Part shown: one piece after another, positions 25,526 to 37,801 of the stretch
How positions within the stretch are numbered: position 1 is the stretch's first letter
Layout of the letters: each line of letters opens with the position of its first letter
Source: Anaeramoeba ignava BMAN
Taxonomy: Eukaryota; Protista; Anaeramoebae
Reading direction: 5' to 3'
Assembly: GCA_028826165.1 (NCBI GenBank)
Contig: JAPDFW010000059.1
Coordinates: forward strand, 248,001 to 312,000
DNA length: 64,000 nt
Program-made: the position numbers and the translations under genes
The notes under the pieces: model-generated
Told to the model about the DNA's origin: nothing
Databases searched by the model: none
What the model saw: the letters and a program-made list of their open reading frames with translations, nothing else

Positions 25526-28368
25526 TTAATATCTGAAATCACTGTTTCCAATAAACTCCCTAATAAATAAAAATAATAATTTATAAGTAAATTTATAAGT
25601 AAATTTATAAGTAAATTTATAAGTAAATTTATAAGTAAATTTATAATTAAAGTTATAAGTAAATTTATAAGTAAATTTATAAGTAAATTTATAAGTAAAT
25701 TTATAATTAAAGTTATAAGTAAATTTATAAGTAAATTTATAATTAAATTTATAAGTAAATTTATAAGTAAATTTATAAGTAAATTTATAAGTAAATTTAT
25801 AAGTAAATTTATAAGTAAATTTATAAGTAAATTTATAAGTAAATTTATAAGTAAATTTATAAGTAAATTTATAATTAAAGTTATAAGTAAATTTATAAGT
25901 AAATTTATAATTAAATTTATAAGTAAATTTATAAGTAAATTTATAAGTAAATTTATAAGTAAATTTATAAGTAAATTTATAAGTAAATTTATAAGTAAAT
26001 TTATAAGTAAATTTATAAGTAAATTTATAAGTAAATTTATAAATTATAAGTAAATTTATAAGTAAATTTATAAGTAAATTTATAAGTAAATTTATAAGTA
26101 AATTTATAAGTAAATTTATAAGTAAATTTATAAGTAAATTTATAAGTAAATTTATAAGTAAAGTTATAAGTAAATTTATAAGTAAATTTGTTCAAAATTG
26201 TTTTCAAAATTGATTTAGAAATTGATTTAGAAATTAGTAAAAAAAAAACTAAAAATAAATTTTAAAATGAAAATTACCTCATAAGGGAAATACCAGGTAC
26301 TCTTTCACCAGGAATATGATAATAAAAAGACAAAAATCTCAAAAGTCTTCCAGCTTCTTTTTCTAAATCCTGAACACCAGTAACTTCTGAAATCAAAGGC
26401 TTAGCATAAGTAGCCAAAACAGGCAATTCATAAATCAACGAAGTATTGAACATATAATCATTCAATTCTTGATAAGGATTAATATATTTTTCTTCGCCTT
26501 TCCTGACATTTGTCCACATAATCAAGGTATCACTAGGAGACCAATTACGAAATTGAAAATCTCTTATCATTCTTCTCAACAAACGGTTGTCATTACTTGA
26601 AATTCTATGATGATGATCAATATTCAATTGTCCAAATGGACAAACAAAAATTCGAGATACTTTATCCAATCCAATTTTCTCTGTTAAAGAAGGATTCAAG
26701 CCATGAATTCCTTCGAGAATCACAAATTCATTATCATTCAATTTGATTTTTTCTTTTGGATCATCAGCTCCTGTTCCTTTTACAAAATCAAATTTTCGAA
26801 CAGGAATTTCTTTTCCTTCAGTTAATTGCGATAATCTTTCAACTAATAATTTAATATTCATTGCTGAGATTGCCTCGAAATCTTTGTCGCCATTTTCGTC
26901 AATTGCAATATCAACAGTATCTCGATAAAAATCATCCATTGATATCACTTTTGTTGTGTATCCATTGACTCCAATATGTATTGATAAACGCTTTGCAAAC
27001 GTTGTTTTTCCTGAACTTGATGGACCTGCAATTGTGATGATTTTCTTTTTTGGATAGTGTTTGATTATATCATCTGCTATTTCTCCAAGTTTTTTCTCAT
27101 GCATTCCTTCTGCAACCCATTTTATTCTGTCGATTGTTTTGCTGAAAACGTGACTGTTTAGATCGCTTATTGTTTCACAGTTTAATTGTTTGATCCATTT
27201 TTCATGCTCTTTGATTAAGTTCCATGTTCTTGGTAAATCTTGAAATTCTTCAATTACTTTTGGATCAGAAAGAGTTGGGAATCTTATTAGCATTCCATAT
27301 TTATATTTGATCTAATTTATATTCATTTAATTTAATTTAATTTAATTTAATTTAATTTAATTTTAATTTAATTTAATTTAATTTAATTTGATTTAATTTG
27401 AATTGATTTAATTTGATTTTTGGATTTAATTTGATTTAATTTAATTTAATTTTTGGATTTGATTTAATTTGGATTTGATTTTTGGATTTAATTGAATTTA
27501 ATTTAATTTAATTTGATTTAATTTAATTTAATTTTTGGATTTAATTTAATTTAATTTAATTTAATTTAATTTAATTTAATTTGATTTAATTTAATTTGAT
27601 TTAATTTAATTTAATTTTTGGATTTAATTGGATTTAATTTAATTTGATTTAATTTAATTTAAATTGATTTAATTTAATTGAATTTAATTTAATTTAATTT
27701 TTGGATTGAATTTAAATTGATTTAATTTAATTTTTGGATTTAATTTGATTTAATTTAATTTAATTTAATTGAATTTAATTTAATTTAAATTTTGTTTACA
27801 AGAGCAAATGGAAGTAATTTGGAAAGATCTTTTTGAACTGGTTCAATTTCATAATCAATTTGATTTCTAAAGCAAATAACAGGAATATTATCAACTCTCC
27901 AAACTTTAAGAATTTTAGTTTTATCAACAAAATTTTTCTGTTTAAAAATTTGAATTAGATCTTCTCGTTTCATAACTTTAGCTATTTTTATTTCAAAAAC
28001 AAATAATTATTATTGATTATTATTTATTGATTAATTATTTATATTTTTTTTTTACTTTCAATTTTATCTTTGCCGTTAATATAAGAATCAATTTTTTCTT
28101 TGGTTTTTTGTACCATTTCTTCAGTAATTTCAAAATTTTCAATTATGTCTTGACAAAAAAAACCATCAGCAAAAGAATGAGCAACTTTAATATCTCTTTT
28201 TTGAAAAAGTTCATTATAAGCTGTAATTAATAAAAATATTAGTGTTGATTGACTTTTTGCATGTTCTCTTCTGAAATGTAACGGTTGAATGTTTTTTAAT
28301 TCTGGATTAATTTTTAATAATGATTTTAAATCCTCTTTGGAACTTTCTCTCATTAAATTATCTGTCAT
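25526..28368 (-). CDS. Bacterial-type ThrRS-N-like / uridine (nucleoside) kinase fusion; exons 28368-28055, 27981-27800, 27311-26278, 25559-25526
   Basis: N-terminus STLIFLLITA..VAHSFADGFFC. Kinase motifs AEGMHEKK, IAGPSSSGKTTFAKRL, ISMDDFY, ILEGIHGLNP, DNRLLRRMIRD, MWTNVRKGEEKYI. Spliced end ISLMREFIGNSDFRY*. Confidence 0.88.
25580..26190. repeat. Intronic 12-mer array (TAAGTAAATTTA)n
   Basis: Fills the last intron of the nucleoside kinase gene. Confidence 0.95.
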
Positions 28369-28509
28369 CTTAATTAAACTTAAAAAATAATGAAAAAATA
28401 AAAAAATGAAAAAATGAAAAATAAAAAAATGAAAAAATAAAAAAATGAAAAAATGAAAAAATGAAAAATTTGGAATATTTTTGATTCCACTTTTTATTTC
28501 ACAATTAGA

Positions 28510-29920
28510 TTAAATTAAAATTGATTTAAAATTGATTTAAAATTGATTTAAAATTGATATAAAATTGATTTAAAATTGATTTAAAATTGATTTAAAATTG
28601 ATTTAAAATTGATTTAAAATTGATTTAAAATTTATATAAAATTGATATAAAATTGATTTAAAATTGATTTAAAATTGATTTAAAATTGATTTAAAATTGA
28701 TTTAAAATTGATTTAAAATTGATTTAAAATTGATTTAAAATTGATTTAAAATTGATTTAAAATTGATTTAAAATTGATTTAAAATTGATATAAAATTGAT
28801 ATAAAATTGATATAAAATTGATATAAAATTGATTTAAAATTGATTTAAAATTGATTTAAAATTGATTTAAAATTGATTTAAAATTGATTTAAAATTGATT
28901 TAAAATTAATATAAAATTGATATAAAATTGATATAAATTGATATAAAATTGATTAAAAATTATATAAAATTGATTTAAAATTGATTTAAAATTAAATTAA
29001 AATTGATATAAAATTGATTTAAAATTGATTTAGAATTGAATTAAAATTTATTTAAAATTGATTTAAAATTGATTTAAAATTGATATAAAATTGATTTAAA
29101 ATTGATTTAAAATTGATTTAAAATTGATTTAAAATTGATTTAAAATTGATTTAAAATTGATTTAAAATTGATTTAAAATTGATTTAAAATTGATTTAAAA
29201 TTGATTTAAAATTGATATAAAATTGATTTAAAATTGATATAAAATTGATTTAAAATTGATTTAAAATTGATTTAAAATTAAATTAAAATTAATTTAAAAT
29301 TAATTTAAAATTAATATAAAATTGATATAAAATTGATATAAAATTGATATAAAATTGATTTAAAATTGATATAAAATTTATATAAAATTGATTTAAAATT
29401 GATTTAAAATTAATTTAAAATTAAATTAAAATTGATATAAAATTGATTTAAAATTGATTTAGAATTGAATTAAAATTTATTTAAAATTGATTTAAAATTG
29501 ATTTAAAATTGATATAAAATTGATTTAAAATTAATATAAAATTAATTTAAAATTGATTTAAAATTGATATAAAATTGATATAAAATTGATTTAAAATTGA
29601 TTTAAAATTGATTTAAAATTGATTTAAAATTGATTTAAAATTGATTTAAAATTAAATTAAAATTAATTTAAAATTAATTTAAAATTAATATAAAATTGAT
29701 TTAAAATTGATATAAAATTGATATAAAATTGATATAAAATTGATTTAAAATTGATTTAAAATTGATTTAAAATTGATTTAAAATTGATTTAAAATTGAAT
29801 TAAAATTGATATAAAATTGATTTAAAATTGATATAAAATTGATTTAAAATTGATATAAAATTGATATAAAATTGATTTAGAATTGAATTAAAATTTATTT
29901 AACATTGATTTAAAATTGAA
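28510..29920. repeat. Intergenic 12-mer array (TAAAATTGATTT)n
   Basis: About 1.4 kb, directly visible. Confidence 0.95.
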
Positions 29921-29959
29921 ATGAATCTAAATGAGATTTTCACTGTTTAATTTTTTAAT

Positions 29960-31455
29960 TCATTTTTTCTTGTCTTCTTTTGTTAAATCATCAGGAAGAT
30001 CCCAATTATCAAGATTAGTATCTCTCATATATTTTTCTTCTAAAGAAATAAATTTATCAGAATCCCAATCTTCTGAATGAACAATTAAATTTTCATCTAA
30101 TAAACCAAAAGAATAACCATTTGCTTTATCAATTTGGTTTAAAACATTAATAACACTTTCTTTATCCATAATATTCAAAGTAGCAAATGAAACTAATGAA
30201 TAATCTTCAATAAGTTGACATAAAACTTTATTTAATCTTTGAAATTCTTTTGATGTATTTTGTTTATCAAATGTTTTCATAAGATATTTTAAATCCATAA
30301 CGTTTGTATAAAAATCTAAATTAAATGATAATTTTCCATATAATTGAATTAAATCAATTTTGGATAATATATTTATATGTGGAAATTCGAGTTGAACCAT
30401 TGTTGATAAGGATAATAAAAGTGCTGAAATAAATTTATGAGGTTCACTACAATAATAAGCATCAATTAAATTTACAACTGCAATCTTTAAAAAATTTATT
30501 TTAATTTTAATTTTAATTTTAATTTTAATATTAATTTTGATTTTAATTTAAATTTTAATTTTAATTTTAATTTTAATTTTAATATTAATTTTAATTTTAA
30601 TTTTAATTTTAATTTTAATTTTGATTTTAATTTTAATTTTAATTTTAATTTTAATTTTAATTTTAATTTTAATTTTAATTTTAATTTTAATTTTGATTTT
30701 AATTTTAATTTTAATTTTAATAATTAAATTTTAATTTTAATTTTAATTTTAATTTTAATTTTAATTTTAATTAATTAATTTTAATTTTAATTTTAATTTT
30801 AATTTAATTTTAATTTTAATTTTAATTTTAATTTTAAATTTTAATTTTAATTTTGATTTATATTTTAATTTTTAATTTTAATTATAATTTTAATTATAAT
30901 TTTAATTATAATTTTAATTTTAATTTTAATTTTAATATTAATTTTAATTTTAATTTTAATTTTAATTTTAATTTTAATTTTAATTTTAATTTTAATTTTA
31001 ATTTTAATTTTAATTTTAATTTTAATTTTAATTTTAATTTTAATTTTAATTTTTAAGAAATTCACTTTAAATGAATTTTTTTCTAATTCAGAAATAATAT
31101 TTTTCATGCTATTATGATGAGTATAAAGTTCAACTTGACCAGGACAATCAAAAATAGCATATCTATTTTGACCCATTTTATGAAGTTTTTTCAACAACCA
31201 ATCAATATTTTTTTCAAGATATTCAATACAATAAATCAAACCACCATTAGGACCTAATTCTAAAAGTTCCATTGTATCTTCAATTGTAATTAAACTTTTT
31301 ATATCAATATCACAATGATATGGAATATTTTCATTTGCTGGATCAAGATTAATAACAATTGGATTTCTTTTTAAACTTTGAAGAATATCTTGCATTCCTG
31401 TACAATATGTTGTTTTACCAGAACCTGGTGGTCCAATTACAAATTGTGCAAACAT
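29960..31455 (-). CDS. GPN2: GPN-loop GTPase 2; exons 31455-31066, 30484-29960
   Basis: VIGPPGSGKTTYC, INLDPAN, LGPNGGL, DCPGQVELYTHH, KFISALLLSLSTMVQLEFPHINILSKID. Confidence 0.92.
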
Positions 31456-31534
31456 TTCTTTTTTTTTTAAAAAATGGAAAATGAAAAATGAAAAATGAAA
31501 AAATTTTTTTGAATTTATTTTTTGATTCAAATAT

Positions 31535-32890
31535 TTTGTAAATAATTTTGTAAATAAATTTGTAAATAAATTTTGTAAATAATTTTATAAATAAATTTGT
31601 AAATAAATTTGTAAATAAATTTATAAATAATTTTGTAAATAAATTTGTAAATAATTTTATAAATAATTTTGTAAATAATTTTGTAAATAAATTTTGTAAA
31701 TAATTTTGTAAATAAATTTGTAAATAAATTTTGTAAATAAATTTGTAAATAATTTTGTAAATAATTTTGTAAATAATTTTGTAAATAAATTTGTAAATAA
31801 ATTTGTAAATAATTTTGTAAATAATTTTGTAAATAATTTTGTAAATAATTTTGTAAATAATTTTGTAAATAATTTTGTAAATAAATTTGTAAATAAATTT
31901 GTAAATAAATTTGTAAATAAATTTGTAAATAAATTTGTAAATAAATTTGTAAATAAATTTGTAAATAATTTTGTAAATAAATTTGTAAATAAATTTGTAA
32001 AATAAATTTGTAAAATAATTTTTAAAAATTATTTGTAAAATAATTTTGTAAATAAATTTGGAAATAAATTTATAAATAATTTTGTAAATAAATTTATAAA
32101 TAAATTTGTAAATAAATTTGTAAATAAATTTATAAATAATTTTGTAAATAATTTTATAAATAAATTTGTAAATAATTTTATAAATAAATTTGTAAATAAT
32201 TTTGTAAATAAATTTGTAAATAATTTGAATTTTGTAAATAAATTTGTAAATAATTTTGTAAATAATTTTGTAAATAAATTTATAAATAAATTTTGTAAAT
32301 AATTTTGTAAATAAATTTGTAAATAATTTTGTAAATAAATTTGTAAATAATTTTGTAAATAATTTTTAAATAAATTTATAAAATAAATAATTTTTGTAAA
32401 ATAATTTTGTAAAATAAATTTTATAATTAAATTTTATAAATAATTTTGTAAATAAATTTATAAATAAATTTGTAAATAAATTTATAAATAAATTTTGTAA
32501 ATAAATTTTATAAATAATTTTGTAAATAATTTTATAAATAAATTTTGTAAATAATTTTGTAAATAAATTTGTAAATAATTTTATAAATAAATTTGTAAAT
32601 AATTTTATAAATAAATTTGTAAATAAATTTGTAAATAAATTTGTAAATAATTTTATAAATAAATTTGTAAATAAATTTGTAAATAATTTTGTAAATAAAT
32701 TTGTAAATAAATTTGTAAATAATTTTATAAATAAATTTGTAAATAAATTTGTAAATAAATTTGTAAATAATTTTGTAAATAATTTTGTAAATAAATTTGT
32801 AAATAAATTTGTAAATAATTTTGTAAATAAATTTATAAATAATTTTGTAAATAATTTTGTAAATAATTTTGTAAATAATTTTGTAAATAA
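31535..32890. repeat. Intergenic 12/13-mer array (GTAAATAATTTT/GTAAATAAATTT)n
   Basis: About 1.35 kb, directly visible. Confidence 0.95.
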
Positions 32891-32938
32891 ATTCGGAAAT
32901 GTTCTGAAAATAATTTAAAATGGATTTTGTAAATAAAT

Positions 32939-35900
32939 TTATAAATTTTGAGTAATCTCTTTTTTTCGATATACTTTAATTCTTCTGATTAATTCTTCAA
33001 ATTGTTCTAATTCCTTTAATTGGAAAACAAATTCTTCTTCTGTTGAAAAAATTAATTTTGCTTTGTAAATATTTTCTCGACTCATCGCAAATAATTTCAA
33101 AGGATCTGAAAAAGGAAATGATTTTGAAACATCATTTGAAGTTGAAAAACTGAAATATTCAGGAGAAACTTCAATTTTAATTTCTTGATTAACTAAATCA
33201 GGTGATTGTGGAGATTCAGTAATAGTGGCATTAAAAAAAGAAATATTTTCATCAATAAAAGAAAAATCTTCCAATTCAATCTCATCATTTCTTGCCATTT
33301 CTTTCCTTTTTTCAGACAAATCTTGATTTTCTTGTTGTTTTTCTTGCTTCTCCTTTTCAAACTGTTTTTTTTGGTAATAACTCATTTTTGCTTCTTTCAA
33401 ACTTTTCACAAAATCATTCTTTTCTTCCTCACTTTGGAATGAAACCATATAGGAACCTTCAGTAAAATGGAACCTTAGAATATCCGAATATTTGGGGTGT
33501 TTCATCAACTTGAATTTTTGATAGTATTCAAAATGATAGTTTACAGTTGATGTTTTAAAGTGGAAATCGTCGCCCAAACTCATCTCCACTTTATCAGTTC
33601 GTAGAAAGGAGTTATCAATGATATACGCTTGAAATTTCTTATTCCCAAGATTCCTTTGATGCTCAACTTGCGAAAATGCTTTTACTGGTTTTTTTGGTGA
33701 TGTTTTGCTCAATTCTTTTTGCTCAATTCCCTTTTTAATTTGTGTTTTTCTTTTGAGCGGAAAAGACCCAAGTGATTTTGTTCTTTGGAAACGATAAACC
33801 TTGGAAAACTTCGATAAATCTTGTGATTTATCAAAAGAAAGAATGAAGCTTTTGTGGTTTTTCAATTCGAGCTTGAAAATATTTCCTTTTTCGGAATTTT
33901 GGAATAATTTCAATTGATCACTAAATGGTTCACTTATTGTTTCTTTTGATGTTTTCATAAAAATGCTTTTTTCGTTGATCTTTAAAGTTCCTTTGTCGAT
34001 TTTCTTGAACTTTGAGTCAAGAACGTTTACTTCATAAACACCTTCAGGTTTTTCTGTTGATTTTTCTTCTGTTAATTTTTCTGCTGAATTTTTTATTTGT
34101 TTTTGTGGAACAACTAGTGATTTCATTGACATCGAACGTTGAAATTGGAATCTTTTGGAGAAAAGTTCTCTTTCTTCGGAATTGAAAAAAAGTACTGTTA
34201 TAATTTCCGAATCGAATTGCAGCTTCACAATATTTGGATTGGTTGAGAAAAATGAAAGCTTCATTTTGTCCGTTTGTTCTTTCACAATTTTCTTTTTTTT
34301 TGATTTGATTTTGATTTTTTGATTTTTAATTATTAAATGTGCTTTTTCAAGAATTTCGAAGTCTTTGGCAAGAATCCCAACTAAAAATCTGCCTTCATCT
34401 GGTGAATTCACAGAGAAAAATGGTGTTCTTATATCCTTATGTGGTTCAAATTGTCTTGTTTTTTGATTTGATAGTTCTTGTTTTAATTGATTGAAAATTT
34501 TGAGAAATTCAACCTTTTGTTGTTCTGTGTCAAAAACTAACATGAATTCTTCTCCGTCTGAAAAAGATATCTTAATCACTCTCTTATTCTGCGAGATTTG
34601 TAAAATATTTGTTTGCGGATTGAATGGTTTGACAACAATTTGTTTTTCAAAATCCAAAAGAAATGTTTCTCCTTTCATTTTCAAAAATCCTGAATCAATT
34701 TGAACAAAATCTTTTGTGATTAATTTGATACTAAAACTATGGATTGGTGGTTCTTTTCTTGGTGTGACATCAAGTTCATCATTTTTTTTCTTTTTTTGAT
34801 TTTCATTTTGATTTTCATTTCATTTTGATTTCCATTTTGGGATTTCTTTTTGAATTTAACTCGTTGAAATTTCCACAAATCAAGAAATTCTGTTGCTTGA
34901 TTTATACTTTCAAAAGAAACAATAAATGAATTTCCATCCATAAAATCAATTTTGATAACGTTTTTGTTTTTCGGACTTTTTGATACTTTGGCTTTATTTG
35001 CGTAACTTTTGCGTAGTTTTTGTGATGATGTTTTAATTATAACAGCATTTTCATCAAGTTCTAAAAACCCTTGATCGATAGTTTCCAATTGTTTATTAAG
35101 AAAAGAGCATTCAGCCTTCTTGAGGGATTTTTTTGAAAGAAAAGGAAGATAAAGACCATCCAAATTAATATCATTTTGATTTTGATTTTGATTTTGATTT
35201 TGATTTTCATTTTGATTTTGATTTTGATTTTCATTTTGATTTTGATTTTGATTTTGATTTTCATTTTCAATTTCTTTTTCAATTTCTTTTTCAATTTCTT
35301 TTTCAATTTCTTTTTTCTTGTTTTTATCAATAATCATTTTTTTTCTAATTTTCAATTCCTCAATAAAATGATCCAAATCTTCTTTTCGATCAAATTTCAA
35401 AATGACCAAAAGTTCAATATCCTTGAAAAACAAACCACAAACACAATTATTGTTTAAATGAAGAGAAAATTGGGTATTTGAAATTTGCTTTTTGATTTCT
35501 TCTCCATTAGAATTGAGAAGTAAGATAAAATCCTTTCGCAAATAAACATTGCCGCTATATTGAAGCTTTCCCAGTTTTGAATAGAATAAGACGTTGTATT
35601 GATGGTCTTGATGCTCCTTAAAAAGCTCTGTATTGGATTTTAATTTGGTAATGAGAGAATGGAATTTATGCTGAGATTCTAAGTCTTTAAACTTGATAAG
35701 ACAAGCAGATTTAAATTTGATTAAATTAAGAATGATAAAACCAGGATAATTTTTCTCATCTTTTGAAACTTTGATATTTTGAATCGAATCCAAAATGAAA
35801 TCATCTTTCCAAATGATTGTTAATGAAGATGAGGCGAGGATTAAATGGCCTGCTGATATATTCAATTGATTCCGATTGCTGGACTTTTCTTGACGAATAT

Positions 35901-37275
35901 CAACATCAAACTGATTAATCTCAATAGAAGTATCAAAAGCATTTGCAAAATATCTGCTTCTTTTCTCCTCGAATTTGCTTTTGAAATCTTGCATTTGATT
36001 TGGATCGTCAAATGAAAGAACCAAATAATCATTCATTCCGATTGAAAAATTAAGTGAATTTTTTTGATCTTTTTGTAAGTCAGTTTCCGATATTTCTTGA
36101 TCCAAAGAGTATTTTTTTGTGATTTGGAAATCAGAACCAATTTGAACATCAAAAGTCTCAGAATCAAACGTAATTTGGCAAGATTCGCTTTCATTTGATT
36201 CAGAAGAAACAACTTTGCATTTGAATTCGTTTCCTGTTTTTTGTTGCGAATCAAATATTTCCGTGATTTTGCTTGATTTGGAAACAAAGGATTGAAGGAA
36301 ATGGTTTCTTTTTTCTTCGTTGTCAAATTTCATCACAATAAAGCAGTGCTCGTCAATATAAAAACGGCAAAAAAGCTCTTGATTAGAAAAAAATTGGAGA
36401 GTGGAATAAGAACTGTATTTTCTTTTGAATTCTTGGTCAGAAATTTTGACAGCAAAATGATCATCAAATAACAAAATTCTTCCGATTCCAATATTTTCTT
36501 GAAAAGAGTTATAAAGGTTCAATTTGAAGACTTCTCCTGGTTTATTTTGAGGAGACTCGTTGGGAATCGATTGAACTAAATATTGTGAAGTATTTTTGGA
36601 AAAGATCAAATCCGAGAAGAATTTATCATAAGAATTGGAAGAAGAATCAACAGGAAGTTTTAAGATTGATTCCTCAAAAAGGTGGTTTGATGCGAATTTG
36701 TATGAAGAAAGAATAATAGGAGGTTTATTATAATCTTGCTTTTGGGTTGATTTGTGAAGAAATGATAAAAATGAATGGCAAAATAGGTCTCTTTCAAATG
36801 AAGTTTCCATTGATCCAACAAAAGAAGTTGAGGTGTTTAGTTGAATTGCAAACAAAGTGAAGTCTTTTGGATGAAGAAAGATTTTCTGGTTTTCGTTAAA
36901 AGGAACTTCGTAAATTTTTTTCGAGTTTGAAATCACTTTGATTTTTTTCTTTCTTAATTTAATTATTGCAGAAACAAATAAAGAATTTGTTATGATTTTC
37001 AAATTGAAATCAACAAAACCTTGTGAAACATAAACTAGTGTTTGTTTTGTTATTTTCTTGCTGTTTTTCGCAATGTTTGGATTCGTTATGAATTTGTTTT
37101 CTTGTGTTTGGAAATCTTGAATTTTTGATTGAATAAGAATTGGTTTTCCGTTTGAATCAAATTCAGAAATTATGTTTGATATTTCAATTTTTTCTGTGAT
37201 TTTATTAGAAATTATTTTTTTGATTTGTGTTTCATTGTTTTCTAAATTATTATTATTATTATTATTTTCTTCCAT
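32939..37275 (-). CDS. ~1445-aa protein of ~11 tandem divergent PH-like domains (one 1-nt deletion near 34820 splits the ORF)
   Basis: Restoring one A in GAA-A(A)T-GAA joins ORF 34720-37275 to ORF 32939-34684 via ..DELDVTPRKEPPIHSFSIKL... Repeated ~85-95-aa beta-rich units end in (S/K)F-x4-5-(E/D)-x3-F helices. Confidence 0.75.
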
Positions 37276-37801
37276 AATTTTTAAATTTTTTTCTTTTTAA
37301 TTGAAGAAAAAAAAAATGAAAAAAAAAAAAAAAAAAAAAAATTTTTTTAAAAAAGAAAAAATAAGAAAAAAAAATTTTTTTATTTAAATTCAGATTTATT
37401 TGATGAAAGGAATTTAAATTATTCTAAAAATGGAATTTAAATAAATCAATTCAAATAAAATTAATCAATTCAATTTAAATAAAATTATTCAATTCAATTC
37501 AAATAAAATTATTCAATTCAATTTAATTAAAATTATTCAATTCAATTTAATTAAAATTATTCAATTCAATTTAATTAAAATTATTCAATTCAATTCAAAT
37601 AAAATAAAATTATTCAATTCAATTCAATTAAAATTATTCAATTCAATTTAATTAAATTTATTCAATTCAATTTAAATAAATCAATTCAATTCAAATAAAA
37701 TAAAATTATTCAATTCAATTCAAATAAATCAATTCAATTCAATTCAAATAAAATTATTCTAAAAATGGATTTTAAATAAATTTATTTAAATTTAATTAAA
37801 A

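Noticed and set aside
25580-32890. 12-mer arrays as interstitial telomeric repeats
   Set aside because: No G-rich TTAGGG-like unit, and each array has a different sequence.
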